From Fervidobacterium sp. (GTDB lineage: Bacteria; Thermotogota; Thermotogae; Thermotogales; Fervidobacteriaceae), in NCBI GenBank assembly GCA_049970055.1, contig JBMFNR010000002.1, forward strand, positions 276,406 to 340,405: a DNA stretch of 64,000 bases, in the 5' to 3' direction. The notes beneath the pieces are model-generated. The model searched no databases, was not told the origin of the DNA, and saw nothing but the letters and a program-made list of their open reading frames with translations. The translations under genes and the position numbers were made by a program. Shown piece after piece: positions 61,400-64,000 of the stretch (position 1 is its first letter; every line of letters begins with the position of its first letter).

Positions 61400-61622
61400 T
61401 TACCCCCCCTTTTTTTGGTAATAATGTTTGTACTCAATTTTTGGTATAGGATTGATACCTTTCCAGTTCATAACCTCCATAATCTCGTCAGTCCAGTGAC
61501 CTTTTACTATGGGAAAATGATGCTCAACTTTGTTTACGAGTATTGTATTGATGAGGTCAACCACCTTAACCTCTTCGCCAAGGTATTTTAATTTTCCAAG
61601 CCACCCACGACTTCCGTCGTAA
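61400..61622 (-). pseudogene. Orphan 3' fragment of a probable L-fucose/L-arabinose isomerase-family gene
   Basis: Start-less open frame YDGSRGWLGKLKYLGEEVKVVDLINTILVNKVEHHFPIVKGHWTDEIMEVMNWKGI...YYQKKGG* ends 2 nt before the rpiB-like ATG. Confidence 0.6.
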
Positions 61623-62322
61623 TAACGTAGATAAAGAACTGCCCTAAGCTAGCTATAAGCAATCCGTACGTTGGAAGATCCGAACGAAGGAATTTGAATT
61701 CCTCCACCTTGAAACTTCTTGCAAAAAAGATTAAGAAGAAAATCATTGTAAAAAAGTTGTTATAAAACGCGATGACGTTGTCAGAGACTGGATTTTTTCG
61801 ATGTGTTTGTATGCTCTTTATAACAAAAGCATTTACAGAAATGAAGAACGCACTGAGTAAAAAGAACATATCCGGTAAATTTAATGAAAGGCCAGAAAAA
61901 TCTATGCCCGAGACGAAGAATACACCAACTAACATTGTGATTGTTAGTATGAAATCCGTGAAAGAAAGTTTTTCGCCTAATATTACGGAAATTAAATTTG
62001 AAAATATTACGTCGGACCTAAGTAGTATCGCACCTTTTGACGCAGTAGAAAACTTGAAACCTAAGAATGCGGTATAGTCTAAAAGAAAACCAAAAAAACC
62101 TATTAGTAAAAGCTTCAGAAAAACATATTTTGTTTTAAAAAGGCTATCTATCTCCTTTCTTATTACCATATATATTGTCATAGTAATCAAAACAACAAAA
62201 CGAATAAAAACACCAGTAAACACTACTGAATATTTTGAAAGAGCTAATTTGTTCGCAATGTAGTAGCTTCCCCATACTGTAACCAACAAAATCAAACTTC
62301 CGTACTTGCTTTGTTGCATCAA
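61588..62322 (-). pseudogene. DMT/EamA family transporter, C-terminally truncated
   Basis: WG..Y, R and A..L EamA patterns; 244 aa with the second repeat incomplete and an out-of-frame tail. Confidence 0.7.
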
Positions 62323-63752
62323 ATCAATTCCTTTTTCAGTTCTTCAAGTTCATTTTCATCAAACTCTTTATTTTGCCTCTTTGCTTCGAGTAAACTCACA
62401 AGTTCGCTATGGACTTTTGGAACAAGTGGGTATATAAGTGCAGCGTAGATTCCAAATGTAAGAAGAATTATAGGTCCAAATGCTAATATGATTCTGATTG
62501 CCATTATTACAATTTGCGGTTGTTGAGGAATCTCATTTCCTTTTGGATTGACATAGCCAAGCATTCCGAGTATCAACAATATTAGAGCTTGAATGACTGC
62601 CGAAGCTACTTTCCTTAGGAATGTGGCAATTGAGCTTAAATTACCTTCCCTTCGCTCCCCAAATTTCAGCTCTCCTACGTCTGTTACATCACCAAGCATA
62701 GTATGAGGCATCACCGCTACTGCAGAAACACCTGCACCAATGATTGCCGCAAAGATAAGTAAAACAGTTGAAGGCCACTGAGGTATCATTATTAGAGTTA
62801 AAATCCCACCAATTGCCCATATAATCGCTCCAATAATGTATGAAAAATTCTTTGATCTTTTTCTTGCTATGTACGCATAAACGGGAATAAAGATGATTTC
62901 AGTTATAAGTAACACACCAAGTACGGCAGATACAAAAAATGGTTTCCCGATGTAATACTTCATATAGTATGGAAATATAACAGAAACCGTATCTATGGCA
63001 AGGTAGGCAAAAAGGAACATCATTAAATACAGCCTGAATGTCTTAATTTTGAGTGGTTTTATGATAAGCTCTTTGAAATTCAATTTAGTTGTTGCTGGTT
63101 TGAAGTTACGCTCTTTTGTGAATGCAAAAACTCCAAGGTAAGGTAAAGAAAAGAATAAACCGAATAAAACTGCCATGATCAAGTAGCCTTTTTTCACATT
63201 GCCAGCAGCTTTAACAATCATCATAGGTAGAACTGCACACAATAGTGATGACAAAAGTGAAAAAATAAGCCTTATTGAGTTAATTTCTGTTCTCTCATGG
63301 TAATCCAACGTTATTTCTGCACTGAGAGCGGTGTAAGGAATAACCACAATGGTAACGACCGTATTTAAGAAAACGTATGAAAATAGAGCATACAAAAATC
63401 TTGCAAATACACTTTCAAATGAGGTGGGATACCAAACCATTATGAAGGACAAAAAAATTAATGGTACACCGGCAAGAAAATATGGTCTTCTCCTACCAAA
63501 ACGAGATTTTGTTCTATCGCTTATGTATCCCATGATTGGATCTGTTATAGCATCCCAGATCTTACCAACCAAGAATATTACCGATGCATACTGTGGTGGT
63601 ATCTTAACAACATCTGTTAGGAAGATAGCATAGAAGAAGTTTATAATGTTAAAAACCCCACCACCGTAAACATCGCCAAAACCGAAGAAAAACTTTGTCA
63701 AAAAAGTTACTTTATCATTGCTTTGGTTGCTTTTTTCATATGTTTTACTCAT
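62319..63752 (-). CDS. MFS glycoside-pentoside-hexuronide (GPH) transporter
   Basis: WDAITDPIMGYISDRTKSRFGRRRP, PYTAL.AEIT and REG motifs. Confidence 0.92.
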   Translation of the reverse strand: MSKTYEKSNQSNDKVTFLTKFFFGFGDVYGGGVFNIINFFYAIFLTDVVKIPPQYASVIFLVGKIWDAITDPIMGYISDRTKSRFGRRRPYFLAGVPLIFLSFIMVWYPTSFESVFARFLYALFSYVFLNTVVTIVVIPYTALSAEITLDYHERTEINSIRLIFSLLSSLLCAVLPMMIVKAAGNVKKGYLIMAVLFGLFFSLPYLGVFAFTKERNFKPATTKLNFKELIIKPLKIKTFRLYLMMFLFAYLAIDTVSVIFPYYMKYYIGKPFFVSAVLGVLLITEIIFIPVYAYIARKRSKNFSYIIGAIIWAIGGILTLIMIPQWPSTVLLIFAAIIGAGVSAVAVMPHTMLGDVTDVGELKFGERREGNLSSIATFLRKVASAVIQALILLILGMLGYVNPKGNEIPQQPQIVIMAIRIILAFGPIILLTFGIYAALIYPLVPKVHSELVSLLEAKRQNKEFDENELEELKKELI

Positions 63753-64000
63753 CCCTTAATCCCCCCTGCGGATAACCCTTTAATTATGTATTTTTGTAAT
63801 GCAAGAGTAATTACAAACACAGGAAGAAGCATTATAGTTCCGGCTGCTGATAATTGTCCCCACTTTGGTGCGTACTGTCCTAATAATCCATTCACCGCAA
63901 CGGGTGCGGTACGCGCGTTTACTGAAGACAGTATCAAAGCGTATAAAAATTCGTTCCACGATGTGAGAAAAGAAAATATTGCAGCGACAACAAGTCCTGG
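63749..64000 (-). CDS. Carbohydrate ABC transporter permease (MalG-type), 3' part only
   Basis: PGL...IFSF..SWNEF.YA...WG.LSAA...LQKYIIKGLSAG. Confidence 0.88.
   Translation of the reverse strand, partial: PGLVVAAIFSFLTSWNEFLYALILSSVNARTAPVAVNGLLGQYAPKWGQLSAAGTIMLLPVFVITLALQKYIIKGLSAGGIKG

Noticed and set aside
720..63633. Many short antisense or alternative-frame ORFs in the track (e.g. 1125-1460, 24560-25099, 41852-42346, 61172-61591)
   Set aside because: They lie within well-supported genes, mostly on the opposite strand, and have no RBS or recognisable motifs

Overview
AT-rich, densely coding chromosomal window from a Thermotogota bacterium, most likely Fervidobacterium. This is inferred from a fervidolysin-like subtilase and Thermotogales-type gene order such as minC followed by M42 peptidases. 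Housekeeping genes (queH, dtd, rel, xerD-like, rnc, fhs, gdhA, minC, glyQS, pepV, a polar amino-acid ABC transporter) are interspersed with cell-surface loci. (1) A co-oriented 7-gene, ~10.6 kb operon (30498-41138, minus strand) consists only of exported proteins built from shuffled OB-fold, thermonuclease (two intact, one catalytically dead), GLUG and FN3-like modules plus a putative beta-barrel-OB fusion. It is the best candidate here for an undescribed envelope system that captures and degrades extracellular nucleic acid. (2) There are two paralogous subtilase + partner-lipoprotein pairs. (3) There are two distinct minor type IV pilin clusters, one with a ComZ-like protein and one with an FG-GAP beta-propeller. 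Two deletion scars are not visible in the ORF track: a collapsed type III restriction-modification system (~20.5-21.5 kb) and a DMT transporter fused to the tail of a sugar-isomerase gene (~61.4-62.3 kb). No rRNA, tRNA, CRISPR array or intact IS element was recognised. Family calls rest on motifs read by eye; no database searches were run.
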